From Phoronis australis (lineage: Eukaryota > Animalia > Phoronida): a stretch of 64,000 nucleotides of DNA. The position numbers were made by a program, and so were the translations under genes. Position 1 is the stretch's first letter. Each line of letters starts with the position of its first letter. The notes beneath the pieces were generated by a model. It had not been told where the DNA came from and did not search any database. It saw nothing but the letters and a program-made list of their open reading frames with translations. Of this stretch, positions 12,790 through 25,785 are shown piece by piece. The stretch covers positions 207,640 through 271,639 of the forward strand of contig NMRA01000160.1 in the NCBI GenBank assembly GCA_002633005.1, written 5' to 3'.

Positions 12790-13555
12790 ATCCGAAAATA
12801 AATGCCAGCCTCTGTCTTCCCATCAGGGACACACCTCCAAATTTTAGCAATGATCCTTCAAGTGGTTAGGTGGATGGAGGGAAATGTCAAAAACAAACTT
12901 AAAATGTTAAAATGGCTACAGAGTGGCACAGAATACATCAAATCTGCCCGAAAATGAGAAGGCGCCATCGTCTCCTTAATATAAACCTATTTATTAAATT
13001 CCATAAAAACCTGCCAAGTTTAGGCACAAAAACAATTGCCACTAGGAGACGCCACAGTAATCGTAGTCATCGGAAAATCATCATCAATTGTCCACTACAC
13101 ACTAAGAACATATACACCAATTTTCACAATCATCCTTAAAGTGGTTTGGTTGATAAAGGTGCAAGTGCAAAAAAACAGGACTCGAAAACAGTACAAATGG
13201 CCACCAGGTGGCGCAAAGTACCTCAAATCCATAAGAAATCGGAAGGATAGCATCATCTCACTAATGGATGCCTATGTGCCAAATTTCATGAAAATCCGTT
13301 GAGGACCTTTGAAGATACAGAGGAAAACTTAAAAAACTAAAATTGCCACTAGGGGGCACACCGGCGGTCGGATCCGTCCAAAATGCGTTGCCATCTCCTA
13401 CTAGCTTCATAGAAACACATTTCACATATCTCATCAAGATCCTGTGATGGGTTTAGGAGATACAGCTGTGGACACCGGATGCCCAGACAGAGACGACAGC
13501 AGTATGTACCCAATAAAAAGAGGAAAATTGTCCAGGCGGTGTATAGTACCAAAAA
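12790..13555. mobile_element. Interspersed repeat family (Helentron/HINE-like), copy 2, with internal degenerate tandem units
   Basis: Shares a block with 4553-4675. Its tail (gggtttaggagatacagctgtggacaccggatgcccagacagagacgacagc) matches 11027-11090. Confidence 0.65.
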
Positions 13556-14619
13556 TAAGAGAAATATATTTTTGTGTTGTGAAGTTTAACTGAAATAAAT
13601 GTTTTGGCATAAACAAAGTCATAATAATGATAAAAAGAAACAAAAAAGAGGAAACTGGAAATCAAAAAAGAGGAAATCCTCTTAACAGTAGAAAATTTGA
13701 AGCCCTGAGACAAACAAGAGCGACCACAAGCAAAGCTGGTCCTTCTTCATGTTTCTTTGGCCATGCAGACTCATCTAGGCACAGTCTACAGTCTCATCTG
13801 GGAACAGTCTGCAGTCTCATCTGGGCACAGTCTGCTGTCTGTGGGAGTGACGTTGATGATCACATCTTGAAATGTTGTAATTATCACGACATTTTAGCTA
13901 GATTACTTTCAATGCAATGGAGTGAAAATCAATAACACATAATTCACATCGCGTCAATAAATTTCATCAAACTGCTAAATAAACTGTGAGACCTGTGTTA
14001 TGAAACGCCGTGCGTTGCCACTTTATGTTACAAACTTGATGATGTGAATATAATATCTACACAACTGCATGTTACTGGCATCATCAGAATGTTTGCCGAA
14101 CATCTAGCAATTATTTGCATTGCAATTAAAAGTATGTTTTGCAATCTACACCTAGCCAGATTCATTTGTTTCGAACAGAGTTGGTAAGAGTTGCAACTTA
14201 CGTGGCTGTATAGCAAACCAGACGTCATTTGGCAAAACTGTTGACGCGAGGACGGAAATATACACCTGTGCCCAAGCTAGTGACTTTCACACAAAAGGCA
14301 GGTTTATTCAAGATCCAAGCACAGAAAGGAAACAACCTGCTCAAGGTTACCAAGGAGGTCTTTGCCAAGTTTGTGTACTCAGCCAAATATCTACTTAACT
14401 ATGGACTTTACATCAGTAAAAGTATCTATTTCTAAAGTAGAAAGTCTGTAGAATTAGGTCATAGTCCCAGCTCTCCTATCTTTCACCTCCGTGGCTACTT
14501 TGGGGGGCAACGGGAACTTTGCATTAAACCCATCTACAGATGATCAAAAGTCAATTTCAAAAAAGTTCACAAGAATACACTTGCACATTTAGTAATAATT
14601 TTGATTTAAAAGTTAAAAA

Positions 14620-15735
14620 CGAGAGCGCTCGGAGGAGCGACACTTGGCGGAATTAATCGAAAAGACGACAATGAGGGAGACGACGACAATCATGACGATC
14701 AAGGCGGCAATTATGAATAACATGATAACATTCGTGTGACTAGCGGAGAAATCAAATAGAGAGCATACAATCAACTACAATAAAGAACAATAGATGGCGC
14801 AGCATGACGGTCCAGTCTACAGTAGGGCAGTGCTGGCTGGGTCAGTCTGGGTCAACTAGGCATAACCAAAACAAAGTGAACTGAAAGCCAGCCAGCTGCG
14901 TGCTTGCATAGGTGACCGAAGGAATAAACGGTATCCGAAAATCTCGAATAATTCAAAAAGTAGACGTCGTAGCGCAAAATGGAAACTATCTTCTGAAAGC
15001 CCGTTCAAAACTCTATCTAAGGTGGTAGTTTGGCAAAAATCCAAAAAAATTTTTGAGAAAATTGAAAATTTGCCATTTTTTTGAAATTCAAAGTCAAATA
15101 ACTCGAAAACGGTAAGTCTGAGAAATACGCTCTCGCAGACTTTTTGAAAGGCCATACTTCAAGGAATCCACATGCAAAAATTCACGTCATTTGCTCTTCC
15201 CGTTAAAAATGCGACACCAGAACGATTGAAACCATGTGAACATGCGCCACAGCCGCCATCTTCAAAGTCACTTCCGGTTCAATAATTTTTATAAAAGCTT
15301 ATTAAACTCAACAAACACGTGACCAGTTTGAAAGTGATTGGTTTGCAAATGCGCCCTCTACAGGAGAAAACGTTTTTGGCCATATTTCGGGGTGCGCATG
15401 CGCCACGTCCAATATTTCCGTCATCTTTGACTGGAAGTCAACAATTTTCTGCACAGTTGTAGCACATGGGTTCTAGTATAATCGTACTGATTTTCAGCCA
15501 TGTACGTCGAAAAATGCGACCTCTACGAGTATTTGACTGTGAAATCGGATACAAAATGGCCGCCACATCCGCCATTTTGTATCCGATCATGACCAAAAAC
15601 AATAGCGTTCCAGAACTTCCCGATCTACATGCTGTGTGCAAATTTCGTGAAAATCTGACGAAAATTGCGGCCTGCAGAGTGCGAACAAAAAAAACTTGAT
15701 GACAGAGCAACATACTTGTCGGAATTCCGCCAAGT
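14620..15735 (-). mobile_element. DINE-1/HINE-like non-autonomous Helentron
   Basis: Perfect 13-bp subterminal inverted repeats: acttggcggaatt (14642-14654) and aattccgccaagt (15723-15735). One end is palindromic (acttgtcggaattccgccaagt), the other has a short hairpin cgctc-ggag-gagcg (14626-14639). A-runs flank both sides. Confidence 0.72.
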
Positions 15736-18064
15736 AAAAATAGTGTAAACAAATGTGTTAGCCACCAGGTGTCAGTGCAAAATGATCAGAACAGCCAATG
15801 AAATGCCAGGAAAATATTGTGTCCATATCTTTCCCATTCCCAAGTTGTCTGCTTCACGAATGCATTCATCAGAGGACAGCCAATTGATGTTATCCTGTTG
15901 GCTTGGCTAACTTGTTTACAGCTACTGTCTACATTGAAAAGTGTTAATTATTGGGTGGGTGGGCAAGTAACTGGCCATTACCAAGGGTTAAGGCTCACAA
16001 ACCAGCAGGCAGTAGATTGGAATTGAGGAAAGCCAAGTCAAGTGACAAGTGTCATCATACTAACATACAGTCAAGTGACCCAATTATCTGACTTGTTTTG
16101 GCACATTTTGGGTAGTTGTAAATTCTTTGCTAAAATAAAGACTTACCTTTACAGAATTGTTCTGTAACTATACCTTGTCACCGAAAGCCACATTTATGTT
16201 CTGACTGATCTTTAAAAAACACAACTAGCAAACGTTCGGAGAACCTAAATATTGGACACCACGTTTCCCCATACGCCACACCGCGGAAAACTGACTAACC
16301 AAGTAATGGCTGCGGGCACCCTGTAGCCAAATTTCAGTTCGAGTGTTTCGACATATATGCTGCTAGAACACAGCTCCATTCGCAATAAAATTATCCATAA
16401 AATGAAATCTGATGACAGAGCCAAGTCGTTTCGATGAATCAGTACAGACGACTAAAGCACATGCAATCTCACTGCAGTTTTTAGTATCTGCCTTCTTGAT
16501 ATGACACCCGTACGTGCACGGCAGGGGTTGGACTTGAGTTTAAAGACAAATGAAAAAATGAAACGGTGGCATATTGTCAGTTCAATGACATCATGTCATT
16601 GTGGAAAAAGATTTTGTTTTCAACTTTTATAACCGATTTATGCGATTGTCCATTTTAGGCCGACTTGGGGGTCTAAATAGCATCCTCTCTCGGTGAAATC
16701 AAAACGAGGCAATGCTGTAAAAAAACGAGACAGTGCTTGACATTGAATGCATTACAGCAGAACAAAAATTGGTGTCATTTAATTCTCAGATTATGCTTCA
16801 AGTAAGATTTTATAAAATGTCACTATATGTACAAACAATTCCTGGCATGTTCATTTTGTGCTTCCGCAAACAGCAGTTTTAGGACAGCTAGGACGGAGAC
16901 TGCTGAAACCATGAATTATTGAATGAGTGTGTGACTTCACAAGAGACTGGCAAGACGTCTACTCCTTGTTGCATTCATGTCTCAGATTCTGCTCAAAATT
17001 CTGAGCTACTGGAATTTTCAGATATTACATGGTCTAAGGCTACTGCAAACAAATGGATCAACATTAAGAGCAAGAAAAGTATTATTGTTTTTAAGTTTTT
17101 GTGAAAAAAAAACAGAGCTATTCTATCACAATCAGTATTACAGACACTTATGGATGTATCAAAAATCGAAACAGCTCTTAAAAAGAAAAAGACCAAACTG
17201 ATGAGGGAAACGATGTTGAACCTACTAGAAAATTAAGGAGATTGTCACTCTCAGTTCCATTTAACAGTGCTCAAACAAATGTATATGTGTTTGCCACAAA
17301 TTAAAGTCCATCACAGAGAACTTCACAAACAAAAGAAAACTTGAAAAGCTAGATCCCATTTACAAACATTCACTTGTAAATAGGCCTACCTATTCTTAAT
17401 TTGAAAAACCACCATTTATGGTAAAAAAAATCTTTAGTTTAGGACAGAGAGAAATGAATTACCTTGCTTGATAAATTCACAGTATTAGCCGCCCCAATCT
17501 CAAAGATACTGGCTGTAGTTTTTACCTACATGTAAGTGATCAGCTCTGCTCTTTATGAACTTCCAAGCCTATTTTCTGACCCTTTTATGTAAAAACATGA
17601 GCTATGTTTGGAAATTGAGAAATACAAAAATGCAAATATTGCTGGTGTTCTTAAATCATTATCTTGAAAATTCAAATGGTGCTCAGATTTCAGTGTCTCA
17701 AATTTTGGAGATTCTTGAAATGGACAATTTTAAGTGTAGGAAAATTTTTACTCTTCCAATTATGTGCTATCTAAAACAGGAAGCCTCAAAAGAAATTTTA
17801 GCTCTACGATAAATAAGACACTTTTCAATTTCACACAATATCTATTGCCAAAATGACCATTCCTCAATTTTCAAAGGTTGAACTAGGGTATTTAGAATGA
17901 CAAAAATTTTTCGATGTCTTAAATTGGCAACTGTACAGTGCAATCAAAGTTAGAAATGATGCTGATTTCTCTTAATGTTTACTTTTGCTGAGCACTTGAC
18001 AAAGGGTTGCAGAGATATTTTTTAAACTTTGTCATTGAAGTTGGGCTCAACATTATTTTGTGTT

Positions 18065-18465
18065 TCCTGATCAACTCATGGAAGACATTGAACGACTCAT
18101 CATCAACAGTTAACAAAGCAAGGTACCACACATTCGGTTGAAATATGAGATGGAATCATCTCTGCCTCCTAATCATGATTGTTTGCTGTTACATGCCAAA
18201 AGAGCAAACTACCACTGTGCCATTCACAAACGAGTCTTGCAACAGCATGTCAGTGCACCATCTCCACTTGGTAATTCGGGTGACTTTTGGAGTAGGGTAG
18301 TCTGAATTTCCACTGGATGACTCTGCCTTTAGCCCCCAAAAATGTCATGAAAAATGTTAATTGCAAATGTAAAAGAGTGGTTGTAGTACAAAAGTGTGCT
18401 CTTGTTTGAAGTCAGGCATGCCATGTTCAAAGTTGTGCGACTGTCAGGATTGTGAACACGGTGTC
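18065..18465 (+). pseudogene. Decayed Academ-type DNA transposon protein C-terminus (Cys8/CXC finger)
   Basis: Frameshifted pieces read TVNKARY / SLPPNHDCLLLHAKRANYHCAIHKR…APSP / HWMTLPLAPKNVMKNVNCKCK / GCSTKVCSCLKSGMPCSKLCDCQDC. Confidence 0.7.
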
Positions 18466-19929
18466 TCAAGAAACAACTTTTGAAGACACTAATGATGAAT
18501 ACAAACAATGAAGTGGATGAACAAACATAAAAAGTGTGTGCTATGCTGTTAAAAAACTTTAAATTTGTAGCCTAATGGAAAATATTTACATTTTATCGTG
18601 CTCATGGACGTCAGGACTGAGTGGTGTATGGTTCCCTGTGACAGTTGACTATGAAGTGCAATATGGAAAATGATAATTAATTGTGACAATTAATGAAAGT
18701 GATGGCAGTGAATTCATTGCAGAAACGTTGGAACTGTATGTTGTTCATATGTAGGTTGTGATATCAAATCTTTATCAAGTTCCAAATGGTTAACATTAGT
18801 ATTGTTCTTCTGGTACTTCAGAATGTAGTAGTATATTTTCTGGCCAACAGGAGGCGCTGCTAAAAATTTTCAATTTGTCTTTTTTGAGCAATTTTCCACC
18901 TAATGTCATAATATTTATCACTTTTCTAGTCCAGTAACTTCAAATGAACAAAATCCAACCAAATTGTCATTCAGTTTGGGTCTAGTGTTGTTGGTTTTTG
19001 AAGCTTGTTTTTTTTTGTGCAAAATTTTGCAAAAAGACAGATTTTTTAGGTTAAATTTCTCGAAATCGTGTATGTCAAACCTTTTAGATTCTTAAAATAT
19101 CGTACTTAATGACCTTAAAAATACCAAAATTATCTTGCCCCCAAAAAGTAGCCACGGAAGTAATTTTCTAGGCTTCCTAGAGTCGAATGGACTATGGCTA
19201 AACTTTGATTTTTGACTTTTTATAAACGTGCAATTAATTGCGTCGGGTGGCCATGTCTTTTTGACAAAATTTGAGCACAAAAATAAAGGTACATTGATAG
19301 CAAAACAGTATCAATAACATGACCAAATTTCATTTGATAGACATTTTCAACATGAAATCTCAAAAATGCTGTTACCGTTGTCTTAATCATTATTTCATTT
19401 TCGTTTGACGATGCTTTCAAGATTTATTCACAAAATTCATAAAAGACACAATTTTTGATAGCCCTTTATACAGAACTGAAGCGCTTTAAAAACAACTGCT
19501 AACATAGAAGAGTCCGAAAAGCATGGCACCTGAGCTTCACACAAGTCTCATCATCAACATCTGAGGTATCATTGTTCACAAGTTAGCCAAAATTGGATAT
19601 TTTTCTAAGGTCCTACATAGCTTTAGCTCTCAACTCCAAGTAACTGTCGGCCGTTGTGTCCCTGAACCCCAAGTAACTTTGCACACATGGGCTGAACTGA
19701 GGTGTTTATTTTCAAAATCCCATAGATAATCCATTTATCACTGAATTTCAAAGTGTGATACACCAAAATGTAGAAAATGGAATGAACTCTAGCTGCAATT
19801 TCACCAAAATTAAAAAATCCTACTCTCTCAGGTGGTGCAGGTATGTAACACCTGAAACGCAGGTGTTTGGTTGCCAATTTGCCAATTCAATGTACCGTTT
19901 AAAGAATAAAAATGATTTATGAGTAACAG

Positions 19930-20330
19930 TGTCGTCGATATTCTTCAGTAACATTTCTTAAGATACATTTTCAATCATATATCACATCTTCTATTAACAT
20001 TTGAAGGCCATAAAGTGACATAAATTCGGCTATTGTTAAGTTCAACGATTCAAAATTGTCCACTTCTTTTGGGCGTTCAAATTAATTATTCTGACAATTT
20101 CACCAAATATTTCACCGATAAAGAAATGTTGAAAGCAATTAACTTGCTTATAAGAACCATCGTACACTCTAGCAGACTCCACATGTTCAGAAAATTTGCG
20201 AAGTTGTCGGAGTTCAACGATGTTTGTTTGACCCAATTACAAAATTTGCAACCTGTAAAGCCATGAAATTCAGCTTCTTTGTCGTCATCGTCAACAAACT
20301 CTGGCCAGATACCTTAGAATTCCTTTCTGG
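19930..20330 (-). pseudogene. Decayed piggyBac-like transposase N-terminal fragment
   Basis: An acidic stretch, then CFQHFFIGEIFGEIVRIINLNAQKK and, after a break, LTIAEFMSLYGLQMLIE. This resembles the PGBD pattern F..FF…I…IV..TN.YA…LT..E…F.GL…M. Stops and frameshifts present. Confidence 0.5.
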
Positions 20331-20759
20331 GTTATCTCATATATTAATTAAGTAAAAAGCATACAAATTATTGCCAATTTCGTCATCTGAGAAGTCTCCA
20401 TCTCAATCGCCATCGTCCCACATTTTGTATTCGTGAGTCATCGATCTAAACAACGAATCAGAAAAGCTGTTAGAAATGAAGCTACGTCTATATTTAAATT
20501 TGTGACGTGCACAAAAGAATTCCCCTAATCAACCAATCAAATACGCTGTTGCTTGAAGTTCGGCATGTAGTGAGACCGATAAAGCGGTCTACGTTGTTGA
20601 ATGGAGGTAAGTTTCAGAGACCTGCGGTGTTGAAAGGATTAAAGTTCACCTCAAATTTGAACAACGCCATTGGTTCAATGCCAGCAAAATGTTCTAGTAT
20701 TACAGAGGCATGCAATGAAGAAACAAGACAGGAGACAAAGAGAAGTACCAGCCCTACAA

Positions 20760-20980
20760 CAGCAGGTGTAGGATAGAAATCTAGAGTGCGAGACAGTATG
20801 GTACCACATGTAGGACAAAAATCCAGAGTACCTACGGAAGCACATCTAGGACAGAAATCCTGAGTGCTCAACAGTTGCAAATGTAGGACAGAAATCACAA
20901 GTACTTGCCCTAGGGCAGCAGATGCAAGACAGAAATCCTGAGTATTTGACCTACGGTAGCAGATGTAGGATAAATCCAAG
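20760..20980 (+). repeat. Degenerate tandem repeat with core gtaggacagaaatcc.gagt (about 6 units)
   Basis: Recurring motif that explains the 'QDFC/LDFC' repeats in ORF 20614-21030. Confidence 0.7.
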
Positions 20981-21952
20981 ATGATGCGACGGTCAGACAC
21001 ATCAATGAGGTCAGAGATGACGGTATGCACCAGTGTGTAAAAATAGAAAGTTGTTGCGACTGATCAGCACAGAGCTTTCATCCGTTTTCTTCAAAACATA
21101 AGTAATCTTGACTATGACAAAAACTCTGCAATAGGGCACAACGTCTAAAATTTAAGACACCGGGTGTATTCTCAAATTACAGACACTGTATTGCCTGTAT
21201 CATGGCCAGAAAACAGATTTGGAGAGAGTTGAGAGATAGTTTTCTAATCATTGGCTGCTATTCCAAACAAAAGTTGTCTTGACAGTTCATTGACAGAGTT
21301 CTGGCTTAAAGCTCTAACCCCAATGTAAAATTTTCCCAGCCAATTCAAAACAGGTTTTGGCTTTTGGCAACAGCTCCAACACAACAGTCGATGTTTTTGT
21401 TCCAGAAACAGATTCTTAGGTATACTCTTTGCATGGCACGCTTCAAGTAAACTTACAACTTTGTACTGGAATCATGCTGCTTGAGTGCTGAGTTCGAGAT
21501 AAGATCAGAGACCCAGACAGTTGGCTTAAGTTGGCTAAGATGCAGATGTTTACAAATACCTTAAAATATAACACTGCACTTCCTCGGAATTTCTGCTAAG
21601 TTTAAACAAAAACAAACACAAAAATACAGAGAGATAAACCCCATGGTTCTGTTTTATCAGGCATCTGCATTTGATTATAATAACCAAACCTACACTGTGA
21701 TATTTTTTACACAAGGTTATAACTGACATAAGTCGTGGCTGCAAATTTGCACATGACCGATTATGACCAAGTCAGTCATGATTCACACGAAAAGCATTGA
21801 TTTCCCCACTTTACATAATTAAAGATGCCATAAATTTGAAATAAAGTTGTACAAGAGAAAGTAACAAATTGTAGCGAAACAACCGTTTTTAAATACAATC
21901 ATAAATTCAGGTCACCAAAAACGTGCAGAATTAGCAGTTTTCATAGACTCAC

Positions 21953-22486
21953 CGATCTGACAATGTTCACTGTCCCAGCAGATTGGTCTATTTTCTCCAT
22001 TTATCAGTCGTTTAGGGCAATGACGTGGGCAGACGTTGGCACACTCGGCTTTGTCGCGGTTCTCCTTCAAAAAGTGATTATCGCTCTTCTTAAGAACCAG
22101 TAGGTCCCAGTCAATGGTATCCAGATGGCAAAGCATGGAGTTCTTCTCAAACCGAACCGCGCCATTCTCGATCGTGGTCAGACCTGAGAGGCCCAGGTTT
22201 TGAAGGACATTCATTTCGAAGGCGACCAATGCGTAGTTGAAAAAGAGTTTGCGGCCGCGGATCACGGCCAAGTTAGGGAATATGTGGGACAAAGTTTTGA
22301 GACCATTGACGCGGTACAGGAGCAGGTAGCCCGTGATCTCACGTAGGCGAGGGAAGTGCAAGTTCTCATAGTTGCTGGGCGTGCCATAATCAATGAGCAG
22401 TATCTGCAGAAAGCCCTCGATGACCGTGCAATTGGTTAGTTTCTTGAAGTTCGACACATGATTGCGGATGTCCACGTTAAAACACA
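21953..22486 (-). CDS. InR: Insulin/IGF-like receptor exon: L1 domain and start of Cys-rich region (534 bp, phase 1-1)
   Basis: VCFNVDIRN…LTNCTVIEGFLQILLI…FPRLREITGYLLLYRV…FPNLAVIRGRKLFFNYALVAFEM…GAVRFEKN…LCHLDTIDW…CWDSEHCQ is a typical INSR/IGF1R L1. Acceptor ttgcag|, donor |gtgagt. Confidence 0.97.
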
Positions 22487-23182
22487 CTGCAACGAGATAG
22501 ACATATAACATTAAACCACCAACACCGAACATGACATAAGTCTCAGGAAGTAAACATCAAAACATGCAGTGGCTTAACAAGGAATACACAACAAATGGGG
22601 GGGGGGCAAACAGAATGTTGGTGGGGACTGAAATGAGTGACAGCCTGGGTGGCACTTGATGTCATGAACAGATGCTAAATGCACTGAAATGAGTTTCAAC
22701 CTGAGGGGGACCACAGCCCTGATGTGCCCAACCTAGTGTGGCTACACCAGAGCCTACACAAGGCCCTCGCACATCTGAGGGGAAGGTGCCTGTCCTTCCT
22801 GGGAGAGAAATTTTTGGTCGAGAGGAAACCCCCTGCAGCCCTAAAATCGAGGCATTGAGAGTCCTGAAACAAGTAGCAACTCTAATTCTACAGATGTATC
22901 CAAACAATAATAGCCAAAATTGTCATTCTGTTTTTCGAAAACTGCACAACAAAATCAAAACCTCGCCAAAATGTAGCTCAAAAATTACAGCGTGAGAGAA
23001 AGAATTGTTAAAGGATTGCACTATATGGACACGGTATGTGTCTGTTCAACCACTGCAGAAAATCCACAATATTCACTGCTTCTTTTACTCAATAAGACAA
23101 GAAGTCAATAATCAAGGTGAATTGAATCTTTGCATTAATAATGATTCAGCTTGGACACTTCAGTAAAGTGATTGTGCTGTGA

Positions 23183-24015
23183 ATGGAAGGCCAAAGCGGA
23201 AAAGATTCTAGGACGCAAATTTTCTATTCAAGAATTAAAAAACAGGTCAAAACATTAATTTTACTCAGCAGGACCAACAAAAAGAACTCAAAACCAGGAT
23301 TTTCACTTACTCAAAAATCAAAAAGTCTGAATCATTAGCTTCACTCCGTAAGACTAAAAAATAAACAACTCAAGAACAAAATTTATAAGGTCAGAACCCA
23401 AAATTTATAATGCCAGGACTCAAAATTGATCACCACAGGGCCGATATTTTATGGCATCAGTATCGAAAATTTATCATGCCAGGACCGAAAATTTAACACG
23501 TCAGGACCAAAATTTAACATGGCAGGAACGAAAAATTTAACACGTCCGGAAAATTTCACGCCAGGAGACCACATCATCAACCCCCCAAAGAGATAACGTC
23601 AGTAGCAGGTAGGGCTATACAAGGGCAAAGCGTTCAACAATGTGTTTCCGATGACAATTATCGTGACAATGAGGTTAAATTTCTATTGTGCCTTCCACCT
23701 TTGACAACTAAAATCAACGTGCACTTGCCAAACTAGGCTCGGACCGCCGTCTCTCTCGGAGATCTAGCTTCAAGTGAATTACGCCCATGTCAGTAGTCAC
23801 ATGCTTGCGGATGAAATTTTGTTTTGGCATAAACTTTTGTCCTGGCATGAAATTTTTTTGTCCTGGCGTGATAAATCTTCGCTCCTGACGTGTTCAATTT
23901 TGGTCCTGACATTATAAATTACTTGCCTGATTTTGAGTACATTTTTTGGTTCTGCAGAGATTTTAATTCCTAAATAGAAAATGTGTCCTGGAATTTTTCC
24001 GCTTTGGCTTTCCAT
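23183..24015. mobile_element. Foldback/MITE-like element (~830 bp) with ~60-bp terminal inverted repeats and internal ~20-bp repeats
   Basis: Left atggaaggccaaagcggaaaagattctaggac… is the reverse complement of right …gtcctggaatttttccgctttggctttccat. Arrays of caggaccaaaattt on the left face aattttggtcctg on the right. Confidence 0.8.
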
Positions 24016-24294
24016 AGAGCTCTGTGAGCCTGGCCAAACTCATTAGGCTGTTTGAAGTAGCCATTACCGTACCTCAATTATATCTCATGTTCATTTCTGT
24101 TAAAAATATTAAAATGAACGAGGATAAACCGGTGATCAAACGACGCGGTATGCCAAAAAACTTTTCTATGGCCACGCCTACGACAAAAAAGTAGGCAGCA
24201 GAATTTCGTTTAAATAGGTAATCATAAAATATTTCAGAATAAGGAAATCACACAAACCTTTTACAACACAAACCAAGACCTAAGTTTTAACATA

Positions 24295-24397
24295 CCGTAA
24301 ACTCGTGAGTTAACGCCCCGGGCATTTAACTTGGGAAACCCTAAGATAGTGTGATGGGCGATTACCCAGGCGAGGGCGTTTACCCACGAGTTTACGG
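24295..24397. mobile_element. 103-bp MITE, Tc1/mariner-pogo type (TA target duplication)
   Basis: ta|ccgtaaactcgtgagttaacgccc…gggcgtttacccacgagtttacgg|ta. Confidence 0.85.
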
Positions 24398-25785
24398 TAA
24401 TGTCAGCCTTCTACGCTAAAGATGGCTGTATCTGTAGCAAAATGTCAAGTCTGTAACATTTTGTAACAGACGTGACATGTCATTATGTTTTATATTATTT
24501 TTTGGAACTGATGAAGACGTCCTTTAGAAATTTGGCACACAAATGATGGCTACAGTGATGGAAACCAGAATGGAATTTTGTGGAAATTGACAATTATTTT
24601 TACTAATATTTGAAACTCAAATGTAACAGACATTCATTGAGTTAGGAAGTTAATAAGAAATGGAAATTAACAAATTTCCAGAACCTTTCAACAGTTTATA
24701 ATTTATTTAGTGCCTGTGTAGCAAATGGGATGTCAAAACAAATATGGAATTAATTTCTTCAGATCTGTTGCCTTGGCTGAAAAGTGATGTCACATCTGTT
24801 ACAGGAAAATGTACAAAAATGAAAAATCTAGACAATAAAATTCAACCATTAAATTAGGTATAAACATCAAAATGAGAACAAAAGTACTGATTTGAGAATT
24901 TAAAGGTCATGGAACTAATACCATGACTTCATTCAAAGAGTTGTAGGGAAGAATCTTGTAAGTACATGCTATGTTTACGCAACTCCGAACACTGCATGTA
25001 TTCAAGGCCATTGTAACCGGCTGAGATAAGACAGGAGGTGTACCAGAGGTATGACGTCAAAGTATTCATTTAGCTGGTAAAATAGTCAGCAGCGTGGTGG
25101 CCAAGCAAGAGTAGTAGATAACAGCTTGACATTTCTCTACATATTTCCACCATTTAAAAATAGTAGCAAACAGCACAATGCAGACGTTGAATGTTTCTGC
25201 TCAACTTTTGCCGAATACTCTGAACGGCTGTCCTGTTTTCTGAACAAGCTACATCTGATCAACAAATTCAAAAAGCCATTGAAAGGAAAACGTTCATTTC
25301 ATTGTCATAAAAATTGAGATATAAAGTGTTTACTGAAACCACGGCCAGTATAAAACAAAATGATTTTGTTTACATCAATTTTCCAGACCCATTGCCAAGG
25401 AGAGTGCTACAACCCTCACTGGCATGCAGCTCGTCTCAAGTACAGGAAAACATTTGTCGTAGATTAGGTTGCTTACCAATAGCTAATTTTTCCGCTAGAA
25501 ATCGGTGACTTGCGACACTTTTATGCTAGTGAATAAACAATCCAAACAAACTTTTGAGTTCATAACATCACAAACCTGCATAAGGCAGTCCTAAGTGGCC
25601 TCCTCCGCTTTTATTAGAATTCGACAAGCGAGGCCTGTCCCAATGATTTCAGATTCTTTCATATGCTTAGGGAACTTATGATAGCCACAAATTAATTAGT
25701 GGACTTGTTTACAAACCCACTTCACCTCAACTACCTTAAGACCATTTCCTTGGTTACCACACAATCACTCACACAAGTCCAAAGG

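Noticed and set aside
17195-17215. CTGATGAGGGAAAC hammerhead-like core
   Set aside because: No room for stem II and no flanking stems found.
21912-22532. ORF-track start MFGVGGLMLYVYLVAV as a built-in signal peptide for the L1 exon
   Set aside because: It reads through the polypyrimidine tract and acceptor at 22487. The conserved phase-1 intron position and the upstream signal exon explain the gene. An alternative start here cannot be fully excluded without transcripts.
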